From Bacteroidales bacterium (GTDB taxonomy: Bacteria > Bacteroidota > Bacteroidia > Bacteroidales > JALTDM01): 36,209 bases of DNA. The stretch spans positions 1-36,209 of the forward strand of contig JALTDM010000023.1 of assembly GCA_027074135.1 (NCBI GenBank), given 5' to 3'. Below are positions 25,016 to 35,013 of this stretch, in pieces. The stretch's first letter is position 1. Each line of letters begins with the position of its first letter. The notes beneath the pieces were generated by a model that was not told the origin of the DNA, searched no databases, and was given only the letters and a program-made list of their open reading frames with translations. The position numbers and the translations under genes were made by a program.

Positions 25016-26701
25016 TTATCTTCTGTGACCACCACCAAAACCTCCACTACTTCTTCCGCTACTATGACTTGAACTGCTTCCTGAGCTTCCGCTGAAACTG
25101 CTTCTACTATAGGAGGAAAAAGAACTACTACTTCTAGTTCTCGAAGGTCTTGAATAAGAACTAGTACTCCTACTTCTAAAAGAAGGTCTTGAATATTGTT
25201 TATAATTGGAATTTCTTTGAGGACGTTGATATTTTATTGTTGACCTTCTACTAGGTCTTGCATAAGTATTCCTTCGTATTTTTTGAGGTCTGTAATAAGT
25301 ATTGGTTCCATTAGGTCTAGATATTTGCCTTCTATGAGGACGTATATTAGTTGGTCTAACTCTTCTTGTATGGGTATTTGATTTTATATTTTGTCGTTGT
25401 AAATTCAGTCTTATATCTTTTTGTGAAACAGGCTTTTGTTGTCTTATTCTGCCAGAGCTAACAGGTCTTCGTTCAGTTTGTATTTTTGGTTGACTTTTAA
25501 CTTGCCTTCTTGATTGCGGACTTTGCAAATTTACCACATTAATTTGTTGTGGTTTAGCAACATTTTGTATCCTCGGGCTGCTTATGGTTTGAGTAACAGG
25601 TTTACTCGAGTTTATTTTTTGCGGTTTTTGTTGCAAAACAGAGTTGCTTTGAGGTTTTTCAAGTCTTGTGGGTTTTTGTTGAATTCCACCTCTAACCGGG
25701 GTACTCAAACTTTGTGACGATGGCTTGCCAGCACTTAACCTTTGCGGCTTTTGTTGCAAAGTAGTAGAACTTTCTGGTTTTTCAAGCCTCGTAGGCTTTT
25801 GTAAATTTTGTGTTCCTCCCGTAGCAGGATTATCTGTCAAAGTAGGCTTTGAATTAATAGGTTTAGAAACACTTGGTGCTTTGCTATCCATGGGTTTTGA
25901 GGCAGATAACCTTTCATAAGTATTAACAAACGATTGATATGTTCCATGTTGAGGAGTAGAAGGTGATTGACTTCCGACACCACCTCTTCTATGAGTATGA
26001 CTTAAGGTTTGATCATAGCTATTATAATAGTAAGGTGTATAATAATTGTAATATGAACCATCGTAATATCCATCCCAATACCCATTATTATATCCATCCC
26101 AATATCCCCAATCATAGCCAGACCAATATGAACCCCAATAGTACGGACTATAATGCCATCCATAACCGTAATATGGTCTGTAACCATATGCCCCCCCCCA
26201 CCAAGGATATCCAAGATAAATACTTACCCCCCAATCCCAAGGATCGTAAGAATACCAGTAACTATTTGTATAATATGAGGAATAATATGGGAAATCCCAG
26301 TCATCATCAAATCTTCTGATTCGCGAAGAATATGAATAATCATAATAATCATCATAATAATTGTTTGTTATATATGTATTTCCATCTTTATCTTGATAAG
26401 AATCAGATGTTGAATATTCTGGTTGAATACTATCCGATTCATCATAATATTGTGTAGAATCCTGCTCACCATAATATGCACTATTTTGTTGTTGGGCATA
26501 AGTTTGAGTGTTACTTTGTTGAGATTGAGTAGAATTATCCTTTGATTGCAAAGAAGATTTAACGGAAATTTGATCAGGTTGTGATGACGGATCATAATAA
26601 ACATCATCGTGGTAAACTCTGGTTTGTATGGAGCACGATGATAACACCAATGCTGCCAACAATGTTAACAGATACGGTTTATATTTCTTTTGTGTTTTCA
26701 T
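25016..26701 (-). CDS. Lipoprotein with a Tyr/Trp/Gly-rich domain and a long basic low-complexity tail
   Basis: Lipobox LSSC (Cys23), DDVYY motif, YWDGY-type repeats and a Q/K/P/S/R-rich tail ending GGFGGGHRR. Confidence 0.8.
   Translation of the reverse strand: MKTQKKYKPYLLTLLAALVLSSCSIQTRVYHDDVYYDPSSQPDQISVKSSLQSKDNSTQSQQSNTQTYAQQQNSAYYGEQDSTQYYDESDSIQPEYSTSDSYQDKDGNTYITNNYYDDYYDYSYSSRIRRFDDDWDFPYYSSYYTNSYWYSYDPWDWGVSIYLGYPWWGGAYGYRPYYGYGWHYSPYYWGSYWSGYDWGYWDGYNNGYWDGYYDGSYYNYYTPYYYNSYDQTLSHTHRRGGVGSQSPSTPQHGTYQSFVNTYERLSASKPMDSKAPSVSKPINSKPTLTDNPATGGTQNLQKPTRLEKPESSTTLQQKPQRLSAGKPSSQSLSTPVRGGIQQKPTRLEKPQSNSVLQQKPQKINSSKPVTQTISSPRIQNVAKPQQINVVNLQSPQSRRQVKSQPKIQTERRPVSSGRIRQQKPVSQKDIRLNLQRQNIKSNTHTRRVRPTNIRPHRRQISRPNGTNTYYRPQKIRRNTYARPSRRSTIKYQRPQRNSNYKQYSRPSFRSRSTSSYSRPSRTRSSSSFSSYSRSSFSGSSGSSSSHSSGRSSGGFGGGHRR
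25560..25805 (-). repeat. Intragenic tandem duplication with a 41-aa (123-bp) period
   Basis: QKPTRLEKPESSTTLQQKPQRLSAGKP... versus QKPTRLEKPQSNSVLQQKPQKINSSKP..., with copies 123 bp apart. Confidence 0.7.
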
Positions 26702-26783
26702 AACTTTGTCCTCCCGTTTTAGTTTTTTTATTTATTTTGCAACTTATTATTTCTAATTATTAACAAGCAAATACCATACCAAA

Positions 26784-28268
26784 ATGGCTAAAGCAATAAC
26801 AAAAAGAAGTGAAAATTATTCGCAATGGTATAATGATATTGTAAAAGTTGCGGATCTGGCAGAATACTCTCAAGTTAGAGGTTGCATGGTAATTAAACCA
26901 TACGGATATGCAATTTGGGAAAAAATAAAAGACCAACTGGATAAAATGTTTAAAGAAACCGAGCATGTTAATGCTTACTTTCCGCTTTTTATTCCTAAAT
27001 CGTTTTTTAATAGGGAGGCACAACATGTAGAAGGTTTTGCAAAAGAATGTGCTGTAGTAACACATTACCGTCTCAAAGTAGATGACGAAAGCAAAAAAAT
27101 AGTGGTGGACGATGATGCAAAACTCGAGGAAGAATTAATTGTAAGACCTACATCAGAAACAATTATTTGGGATTCGTATAAAAATTGGATACAATCTTAT
27201 CGTGATTTGCCTATACTTGTAAATCAATGGGCAAATGTGGTTAGATGGGAAATGAGAACAAGGTTGTTTTTGAGAACCGCGGAATTTTTGTGGCAAGAAG
27301 GGCATACGGCACACGCAACCAAAGAAGAAGCTATGGAAGAGGCTATGAAAATGATAAATGTGTATAGAACATTTGCCGAAGAATGGATGGCGTTGCCGGT
27401 GTATTCCGGTCACAAAACCGAAAACGAAAGATTTGCAGGTGCTATAAATACCTATTCCATTGAAGCAATGATGCAAGACGGTAAGGCACTTCAAGCAGGA
27501 ACATCCCACTTTTTGGGTCAAAATTTCTCCAAGGCTTTTGATGTGAAATTCTTGAACAAAGAAGGTAAACTTGAATATGTTTGGGCTACATCGTGGGGCG
27601 TATCAACCAGACTTATAGGTGCTTTGATAATGGCACATTCAGACGATAACGGTCTTGTGTTGCCACCGAAACTTGCACCGTTGCATGTTGTTATCGTGCC
27701 GGTTTACAGAAAGCCCGAACAATTGGAAGAAATTACAAAAACTGTAAACGAAAAAATATTGCCCGGATTGCGTGAAAAAGGCATTACGGTTAAATATGAT
27801 GATGACGACAAGTATAAGCCGGGTTATAAATTCAACGAATACGAAGTAAAAGGTGTACCTGTAAGGCTAACAATCGGTATACGTGATATTGAAAACGGAC
27901 GAGTGGAAGTAGTAAGACGCGATACATTGGAAAAAAACTTTTATCCGCTGGATAATATTGCCGATACCGTTGAAAAATTGCTAAATGACATACAAAACGG
28001 TATTTTCAAAAAGGCAAAAGATTTCAGGGATTCACATACTCATAAAGTAAGCAATTTCGATGAGTTTAAAGAAGTGGTAAACAACGGAGGATTTGCTTTG
28101 GCATACTGGGACGGAACAACTGAAACCGAATTGAAAATAAAAGAAGAAACAAAAGCAACCATCAGAGTGATACCGTTTGATATTGACCAAAATAAAACAA
28201 AAGGAAAAAAAGATGTTTATAGCGGCAAAGATGCCAAATACAAAGTGATTTTTGCCAAAGCTTATTAA
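26784..28268 (+). CDS. proS: Proline--tRNA ligase (archaeal/eukaryote-like type found in Bacteroidota)
   Basis: [61 protein letters not shown] and C-terminal FAKAY. Confidence 0.97.
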   Translation: MAKAITKRSENYSQWYNDIVKVADLAEYSQVRGCMVIKPYGYAIWEKIKDQLDKMFKETEHVNAYFPLFIPKSFFNREAQHVEGFAKECAVVTHYRLKVDDESKKIVVDDDAKLEEELIVRPTSETIIWDSYKNWIQSYRDLPILVNQWANVVRWEMRTRLFLRTAEFLWQEGHTAHATKEEAMEEAMKMINVYRTFAEEWMALPVYSGHKTENERFAGAINTYSIEAMMQDGKALQAGTSHFLGQNFSKAFDVKFLNKEGKLEYVWATSWGVSTRLIGALIMAHSDDNGLVLPPKLAPLHVVIVPVYRKPEQLEEITKTVNEKILPGLREKGITVKYDDDDKYKPGYKFNEYEVKGVPVRLTIGIRDIENGRVEVVRRDTLEKNFYPLDNIADTVEKLLNDIQNGIFKKAKDFRDSHTHKVSNFDEFKEVVNNGGFALAYWDGTTETELKIKEETKATIRVIPFDIDQNKTKGKKDVYSGKDAKYKVIFAKAY

Positions 28269-28295
28269 GAGATAATACGCGGGGGTTTATGTTTT

Positions 28296-28325
28296 AAGGC
28301 AATCCGGTTGCGGGTTGCCTTTTTT
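28296..28325 (+). terminator. Rho-independent terminator after proS
   Basis: AAGGCAATCCG-gttg-CGGGTTGCCTT followed by a T tract. Confidence 0.8.
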
Positions 28326-28368
28326 GTTTTATACAATTACTAACATTTATAGCAAACATTTATTCACT

Positions 28369-28376
28369 TATCTTTG
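28369..28376 (+). promoter_or_regulatory. Bacteroidota -7 promoter element (TATCTTTG)
   Basis: TAnnTTTG consensus; supports the ATG at 28398 rather than the TTG at 28374. Confidence 0.6.
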
Positions 28377-28397
28377 CGAAATAATAACAAAGATTTT

Positions 28398-31331
28398 ATG
28401 TCAAGCAATTTAGCCGCACAACTTAAAGAAGCAAGGTTCAAAGGCGAGATATGGAGCAGCGAAGAAAAATTAGTGCTTTATTCAACCGATGCTTCAATTT
28501 ACAGAATAAAGCCTCTTTTGGTTGTTTTTCCCATCAACAAAGATGATTTGAAAACTTTGATGTTTTTTGCTTATCGCAATTCTATTCCTGTTATACCAAG
28601 AGGTACAGGGACTTCACTTGCGGGGCAAGTAGTCGGGAAAGCCATTATTGCAGACATCTCAAAGAATTTCAAGAAAATAATCGAGATAAACAAAGAAGAA
28701 AAATATGCTGTTGTACAGCCCGGAGTGATACGTGACGAATTGAATTTGGAACTGAAAAAATACGGTTTGATTTTCGGTCCGGAGACCTCGACATCGAACC
28801 GTGCCACTATTGGCGGAATGTTCGGTAATAATTCTTCAGGTTCTCGTTCGCTGCGATTCGGAACAACACGCCAAAGTATTATTTTAGCAAAAGTTATATT
28901 ATCAAATGGAGATGAAGCGGAATTTGGTCCGATAGATGAGGGAGAATTTAACTACAAATTAAAACTAAACACACTTGAAGGTAAGATTTACAGGACATTT
29001 CATGAATTGTTATCCAACGAATCTTTTAAAGGACAAATTGAGAAGGAATTTCCCGATAAAACTATTCACAGGAGAAACACAGGCTACCCGCTTGACGAAC
29101 TTGCAGAAAGCAAAATTTACGATAAAACCGGCAACAAGGAATTTAACATAGCCAAATTCTTGTCAGGCACAGAAGGAACACTTGCTTTTGCTTACGAAAT
29201 AAAGGTAAAACTTTTTGATTTGCCTCCCAATCACAAATTACTAATTACCAGCCAATTTGATAAGTTTTACGATGTGTTTGACGCAAATATTGAAATACTG
29301 AAATTCAACCCTTATGCAATAGAACTAATTGACGATAAAATACTGAAACTTACCGAAGCCAATATCAACCAAAACAAAAACCGCTTTTTTATCAAAGGCA
29401 GTCCTAAGGCTGTGCTCATTACCGAAATTGCAGCCGAAACTAAAGAAAAAGCATTAAAAGAAGCAACAAAAATTATAAATTATCTTACCGAAAAAAAACT
29501 TGGTTATTACCACACGATAATTGAAAAAGAGGATATCAACAAAGTTTGGGAACTTCGTAAAGCAGGTTTGGGTGTATTGTCCAATATGCGGGGAGATGCA
29601 AAACCTGTGGGGTTTATTGAAGATACAGCAGTAAGTCCTTATAGGCTAAAAAAATACATTACCGACATAGACAAGATACTGAAAAGTAAGAATTTAGAGT
29701 GTATTTATTATGCACATATAGGTTCGGGTGAATTGCATTTGCGTCCAGTGTTGAACATAAAAAACAAAAATGATGTTGAGTTGATGCATGAAGTAGCCCT
29801 GGAGACTGCTAAAATCGTAAAGAAACACAAAGGATCTTTGAGCGGAGAACACGGAGATGGACTTTTGAGGTCGGAATTTATTCCCATAATTTACGGTGAA
29901 GAGGTTTTTAATGCTTTCAGAAAGATAAAGCAAACTTGGGATCCGAAAAACATAATGAATCCGGGGAAAATTACCGAACCCGTTAAGATGACTAGCAACT
30001 TGCGTTATTCGGAATATAATCCCTCAAAAATTCAAACTGTTTTTAAATACACAGCTACAGGGTCTTTGTTGCAAACGGCGGAAAAATGCAACGGAAGTGC
30101 CGACTGTAGAAAAAATATTGTGTCTGGAGGCGTGATGTGTCCCACATATATGGCAACAGGAGATGAAAATTTTACCACACGTGCTCGAGCAAATACCATT
30201 CGTGAGTATCTTATTTCGGGACCTCTGACCAACGAAAAATTAAAAAAAATAATTGCCATCCTTTCATTTTGTGTATCGTGTAAATCTTGCAAATCGGAAT
30301 GCCCGTCGGGTGTTGACATTACCAAGATGAAAGCCGATTTGTATCAAATTTATTACGACAGGTTTCACGCACCGCTGCGAAATATACTCATTGCAAACAT
30401 TGCCAAATTTCAAGCGTTGGGCAGTAAAATACCAGGATTATACAACTTTGTGATATCGCACAAGCCTTTTTCATCGCTTCTTAAATCAGTGCTTAAATTC
30501 TCACCCAAAAGGGAATTACCGAAAATAAGTTCACCCACTTGGCACAAATGGTATAATACTAACAAAAACAAATTAAACAACAATACCAACGGCAAAAAGG
30601 TACTGCTATTTGCAGATGAGTTTACAAATTATTTAGACGCAAAAATCGGAATAGCGGCAACCGAATTGCTGATAAAGTTGGACTACAATGTTTCTCTCTC
30701 CAAGCCACTTACAAGCGGAAGAACATATTTGTCTAAAGGTTTTGTCAAGAAAGCCAAAGCAATAGCAATCAACAATATAAAGTATTTGGATAAATTTGTT
30801 TCTGATGGTTCTTTTATAGTAGGAATAGAACCTTCTGCAATATTGACTTTGAGAGACGAATATTTGGACTTGACTGATGGGGAAATGCATTCTAAAGCGC
30901 AAAAGCTGTCGGAAAAAACTTTAACAATAGATGAGTTCTTATTTAATGAAATAAAAAACGGTACTATTACGTCCGGTCAATTTGACGAGAAAGAGTTGAA
31001 TATAATTTTGCATACACACTGCTACCAAAAGGTATTGTCAGACCCTAAATACACTGAAGCTATTTTAAATCTCCCAATTGGAACTAAAGTGAAAACCATA
31101 AAATCAGGTTGTTGCGGAATGGCAGGTTCTTTTGGGTACGAAAAAGAACATTATGACCTTTCCATAAAAATTGGGAATCTGTCTGTAGTTCCAGAAATAA
31201 AAAAAGCAGGTGAAACAACAATTATTGCAGCACCGGGAACAAGTTGCCGCGAGCAAATCAAACACGGTACGCAACGAAATGCAAAACATCCTGTGGAGAT
31301 ACTCAACGAATTGTGCAAAGAAAATGCTTAA
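28398..31331 (+). CDS. FAD-binding Fe-S oxidoreductase (YdiJ/GlcD-GlcF fusion; 2-hydroxyacid dehydrogenase family)
   Basis: YSTDAS.Y, RGTGTSLAGQ, GTEGTL, SGEHGDG, CNGSADC..CP, CVSCKSCKSECP, and CCG-type domains (GCCGMAGSFGY, GTSCR.Q). Confidence 0.9.
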   Translation: MSSNLAAQLKEARFKGEIWSSEEKLVLYSTDASIYRIKPLLVVFPINKDDLKTLMFFAYRNSIPVIPRGTGTSLAGQVVGKAIIADISKNFKKIIEINKEEKYAVVQPGVIRDELNLELKKYGLIFGPETSTSNRATIGGMFGNNSSGSRSLRFGTTRQSIILAKVILSNGDEAEFGPIDEGEFNYKLKLNTLEGKIYRTFHELLSNESFKGQIEKEFPDKTIHRRNTGYPLDELAESKIYDKTGNKEFNIAKFLSGTEGTLAFAYEIKVKLFDLPPNHKLLITSQFDKFYDVFDANIEILKFNPYAIELIDDKILKLTEANINQNKNRFFIKGSPKAVLITEIAAETKEKALKEATKIINYLTEKKLGYYHTIIEKEDINKVWELRKAGLGVLSNMRGDAKPVGFIEDTAVSPYRLKKYITDIDKILKSKNLECIYYAHIGSGELHLRPVLNIKNKNDVELMHEVALETAKIVKKHKGSLSGEHGDGLLRSEFIPIIYGEEVFNAFRKIKQTWDPKNIMNPGKITEPVKMTSNLRYSEYNPSKIQTVFKYTATGSLLQTAEKCNGSADCRKNIVSGGVMCPTYMATGDENFTTRARANTIREYLISGPLTNEKLKKIIAILSFCVSCKSCKSECPSGVDITKMKADLYQIYYDRFHAPLRNILIANIAKFQALGSKIPGLYNFVISHKPFSSLLKSVLKFSPKRELPKISSPTWHKWYNTNKNKLNNNTNGKKVLLFADEFTNYLDAKIGIAATELLIKLDYNVSLSKPLTSGRTYLSKGFVKKAKAIAINNIKYLDKFVSDGSFIVGIEPSAILTLRDEYLDLTDGEMHSKAQKLSEKTLTIDEFLFNEIKNGTITSGQFDEKELNIILHTHCYQKVLSDPKYTEAILNLPIGTKVKTIKSGCCGMAGSFGYEKEHYDLSIKIGNLSVVPEIKKAGETTIIAAPGTSCREQIKHGTQRNAKHPVEILNELCKENA

Positions 31332-32091
31332 TTATATCATTTTCTTTATTCCGTTTAAATAGTAACCACATCGGTTTAAAAAATTCCACCACTTTTTCCG
31401 AAGTAATAAAAGAGTAATTAAACGGATGCTCAAACTCCACTTTTGTGTAATTCTTGGCTTCGGGTAAGTTGCCAATATGTTTTTGGGCAAAATTTCCAAG
31501 TAAAATCAAAGTCGGTTTACCTTCCAATTGTTTTAGCAACGACCTGATAAACTGTTTCCATTTTTTAATGTGGAAAGCACTTTCTTTCGGCGATGTAAAA
31601 ATTAATGCGGCATTTAATAGTAATACTCCATTAGAAACAAAATTGTCCCGCAAGTCAAAAATACTCTTGATAAATCCCTCTTTGTTTACTTTTTTTATAG
31701 CGGCAGGAGAAAAGTCATCAGTAAGATAACCATGAGCAAACAGCAGCATTTTCATAATGTTTCGCAAACTCGTAGCTCTGTTTACTTGCTTGGATAATCC
31801 GCCGTCAGCACTCCATAGCGACTCCACTGCTCCGTCAATAAATGCTTCGCCAATGGCACTTTCCTTTCTCGGATAAGGGTCTTGTCCGAAAAGTATGTAT
31901 TTAACCTCACAGGGTTTCAAATGCTTAAAAGCATTCAAAAAAGTATTTCTGTCGGGGGAATAATCATCTGTTTCATTCAAAAATTTTAAGTACGAATAGT
32001 CAAGACTTGCAAGGCTGCATGTTAGTATTTCCCTCCAACAGTTATCTATGTAGACTAATTTGTTTGCAAGTTCGAGCTTAAAATCCCTCAT
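31303..32091 (-). CDS. Uracil-DNA glycosylase family 1-like protein with atypical motifs
   Basis: YILFGQDPYP, GVLLLN and EHPFNYSF. ATG at 32091; the 3' end overlaps the convergent oxidoreductase by 29 nt. Confidence 0.78.
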   Translation of the reverse strand: MRDFKLELANKLVYIDNCWREILTCSLASLDYSYLKFLNETDDYSPDRNTFLNAFKHLKPCEVKYILFGQDPYPRKESAIGEAFIDGAVESLWSADGGLSKQVNRATSLRNIMKMLLFAHGYLTDDFSPAAIKKVNKEGFIKSIFDLRDNFVSNGVLLLNAALIFTSPKESAFHIKKWKQFIRSLLKQLEGKPTLILLGNFAQKHIGNLPEAKNYTKVEFEHPFNYSFITSEKVVEFFKPMWLLFKRNKENDIIKHFLCTIR

Positions 32092-33508
32092 TTCTGCTAA
32101 TATCTTTGTCAAAGTTAATCAAATAAACCAGCTCTTTGGCACGGGTAAGTGCTGTGTAAAGCCAACGGTAATATGCCTTGTCGTGCGGTACAAAATTGAA
32201 ATGCCCCCTGTCCACAAAAACCGTGTTCCACTGTCCGCCTTGAGCTTTGTGGCATGTTACGGCATAAGCAAATTTTACTTCCAAAGCATTGAAATAAGGA
32301 TTCTCCATTACATAATCATAAATTTTCCGTTTGCTTATTCTACGGCCTTTTTTCTCTTTAATTTCTTCCGTGAGTAAATTGTAAAACTCCATTTTGTCTT
32401 CATATCCCAATGATGGTGACGGTGCATACAATGTGTCCAAAATTAATTTAACATCCAATTCAATATCAGGATAATATAACAATGATACAGAAACATCTGC
32501 AAATCTAAAACCGTATTTTTCTTCAAAATCATATATCCTGTTCAGCCTGATAAAATCTCCATTGGCAATAAATGGTATATCGTTTATGCCTTCGGTCCAC
32601 AAGTAATTATTTTTCACCACCATAAGAATATCACCTTCTGTTATTTCCTCGTCATAGTCAAAAATTCTGCGGCGTATTGTGGCATTATATTGATTGGCAG
32701 CTTTATTCGATACGGTTATTATTACTGTTTCTTCTTTCCCGTATTTGTCGTACGCGTTTTCTATGAGTTCCCATATTTCGCTTCTGTCCGGCACTATTAC
32801 ATCTGTTGCAGTTTGTAGTTTTATATTATCAGTGATACCGGTTATCACATTGCGTACATTTGTGGCATTGGTTATTATTCCGGAGTCAAGTGCCTGCCGT
32901 GTTATTTCTGTAAGTTCAAAACTGTTTGTACCGTAACCGAAACCTTTAAGGTAATCTTCAGACAAGGCATAAGCATATTCATCGCCAACAGGTGGCAATT
33001 GGGCGTTGTCTCCTACAAGCAAAAGTTTGTTTCCGTTGTCATTAAACACAAATTCAATCAAGTCTGAAAGCAATGATCCGGACCCGAAAATGTTTTTCTC
33101 TCCGCTGTTTTTTATGTTAATCATAGAAGCTTCGTCCACGATGAACAGAGCATTTTTAAACCTGTTGAAATTTAATCCGAACTTGCCTTCGTATCCCTTG
33201 GAAGTATTTTTGCGGTAAATGTATTTGTGAATGGTAAAGGCGGGCTTGTCGGATATGTCCGATATAACCTTTGCCGCTCTGCCTGTAGGTGCCAGTAAAA
33301 CTACTGGCATACCGTACCTGCTCAAAACATTGGTCAAAATGCTGATAATGGTAGTCTTACCTGTACCTGCATAACCTTTCAGCACAAAAATTCCGTCTTC
33401 CGTACTTGTAATAAATTTCGCAATTTTTTTCAACGCCTCATCTTGTCTTCCTGTTAGGTTGAGGCTTGTGCTCTTAACAAATTCTGTATATAGTTTTTCG
33501 TTTAGCAT
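32078..33508 (-). CDS. RecD-like SF1 ATP-dependent DNA helicase (AAA_30 / UvrD_C_2)
   Basis: Walker A GYAGTGKT, LAPTGRAAKV, VDEASM, VGDNAQLPPV, YAVTCHKAQGGQW and WLYTALTRA. Confidence 0.9.
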   Translation of the reverse strand: MLNEKLYTEFVKSTSLNLTGRQDEALKKIAKFITSTEDGIFVLKGYAGTGKTTIISILTNVLSRYGMPVVLLAPTGRAAKVISDISDKPAFTIHKYIYRKNTSKGYEGKFGLNFNRFKNALFIVDEASMINIKNSGEKNIFGSGSLLSDLIEFVFNDNGNKLLLVGDNAQLPPVGDEYAYALSEDYLKGFGYGTNSFELTEITRQALDSGIITNATNVRNVITGITDNIKLQTATDVIVPDRSEIWELIENAYDKYGKEETVIITVSNKAANQYNATIRRRIFDYDEEITEGDILMVVKNNYLWTEGINDIPFIANGDFIRLNRIYDFEEKYGFRFADVSVSLLYYPDIELDVKLILDTLYAPSPSLGYEDKMEFYNLLTEEIKEKKGRRISKRKIYDYVMENPYFNALEVKFAYAVTCHKAQGGQWNTVFVDRGHFNFVPHDKAYYRWLYTALTRAKELVYLINFDKDISRNEGF

Positions 33509-33517
33509 GGAAGAGAG

Positions 33518-33525
33518 CAAAAGTA
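33518..33525 (-). promoter_or_regulatory. Bacteroidota -7 promoter element (TACTTTTG)
   Basis: TAnnTTTG consensus 10 nt upstream of the helicase ATG at 33508, implying a very short leader. Confidence 0.55.
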
Positions 33526-33546
33526 GTAAAAAATATTTACCTCCCT

Positions 33547-33587
33547 AAAATAAAAACGGCACGGCAGAAATTAATTGCCGCACCGTT
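33547..33587 (-). terminator. Rho-independent terminator after the dipeptidase
   Basis: Minus strand AACGGTGCGGCA...TGCCGTGCCGTT (G-U pairs form only on the minus strand) followed by a T-rich tail. Confidence 0.7.
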
Positions 33588-33609
33588 GATAATAGGAATT
33601 CACGCAATT

Positions 33610-34995
33610 CTACTTATTCAATTTCGCAAAATACTTGTAAAACAAAGGTATGGTTTCAATTCCTTTGTAAAAGTTTTCGAGCGGGTAGTTTTCGTTCGGC
33701 GAATGGATAGCATCGGTATCGAGACCGAATCCCATCAAAATTGATTTTATTCCCAAAATTTTCTCAAAGGTGGAAATAATAGGAATACTACCACCACTTC
33801 TATATGGTACGGGTTCTTTACCAAATGTGTCTGTCATAGCTTTTTTGGCAGCTTGGTAAGCCGGCAGTGTAATAGGACAAACATAAGCATATCCGCCATG
33901 CAATATTTTAACATCAACCGAAACGGTATCGGGTGCTATTTGCTTGATATAATCTGCTACAAGTTTGCTTATCTTGTGGTGGTCTTGGTCGGGTACCAGT
34001 CTCATTGAAATCTTGGCACTTGCTTTTGAAGGGATAATGGTCTTGGCTCCTTCACCTGTGTACCCGCCCCAAATGCCGTTTACATCGAGAGTAGGTCTTA
34101 TGCCAAGTCTTTCTATCACGGTAAATTCTTTTTCGCCTCCTACTTCTTTTATGCCAATGTCTGACTTGAATTTTTCAATGTCAAATGGTGCTTTGTTCAG
34201 TTCTTTTCTTTCTTCTTCTGAAACCTCCAATACATCATCATAAAATCCGGGAATAAGAATTTTTCCGTTTTCATCTTTCAGCTTGGAAATAATTGTGGCA
34301 AGAACATTTGCGGGATTATCCACTGCACCGCCATAAAGTCCGGAATGCAAATCCCTGTTCGGTCCTGTTACTTCCACTTCAATGTAAGACAAACCTCTCA
34401 AACCTGTAGTAATGGAAGGTTGGTCGGAAGCAATCAAACTTGTATCTGATACGAGAATAATGTCGGCTTTGAGCATATCTTTATGTACCTCACACCACTT
34501 GCCAAGGTTCGGAGAACCGATTTCTTCTTCGCCTTCTATCATGAATTTCACATTGCAAGGCAGCGTGCCGGTTTTGTTCATAAGCTCAAAAGCCTTGGCG
34601 TGCATAAATGATTGACCCTTGTCGTCATCTGCTCCGCGTGCATATATCTTACCGTCTTTTATAACAGGTTCAAACGGGTCGGTTTCCCACAAATCAATAG
34701 GGTCAACAGGCATCACATCCATATGTCCGTAAACAAGAACTGTTGGCAACGATGGATCTATAATTTTTTCGCCATAAGTTACAGGATTCCCGTCTGTTTC
34801 GTAAACTTCAGCCCTGTCGGCACCTGCTTCCAAAAGAATGTTTTTCCAATATTCCGCAGCCTTGTACATATCTTGCTTATATTCTGGCAACGGACTTATA
34901 GAAGGAATCCGAATCAATCCGAAAAGTTCATTCCCAAATCTGTCTTTATTTTTTTCTATATAATTTCTAATCAGGTTTCTATCAAATGTTTCCAT
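33610..34995 (-). CDS. M20 family dipeptidase (DapE/ArgE/CNDP-like)
   Basis: YGHMDVMP, ARGADDDKGQ, EGEEEIGS, DLHSG, GGSIP and IHSPNE. Confidence 0.9.
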   Translation of the reverse strand: METFDRNLIRNYIEKNKDRFGNELFGLIRIPSISPLPEYKQDMYKAAEYWKNILLEAGADRAEVYETDGNPVTYGEKIIDPSLPTVLVYGHMDVMPVDPIDLWETDPFEPVIKDGKIYARGADDDKGQSFMHAKAFELMNKTGTLPCNVKFMIEGEEEIGSPNLGKWCEVHKDMLKADIILVSDTSLIASDQPSITTGLRGLSYIEVEVTGPNRDLHSGLYGGAVDNPANVLATIISKLKDENGKILIPGFYDDVLEVSEEERKELNKAPFDIEKFKSDIGIKEVGGEKEFTVIERLGIRPTLDVNGIWGGYTGEGAKTIIPSKASAKISMRLVPDQDHHKISKLVADYIKQIAPDTVSVDVKILHGGYAYVCPITLPAYQAAKKAMTDTFGKEPVPYRSGGSIPIISTFEKILGIKSILMGFGLDTDAIHSPNENYPLENFYKGIETIPLFYKYFAKLNK

Positions 34996-35013
34996 ACTCG
35001 TTTGTTTTTGTGT

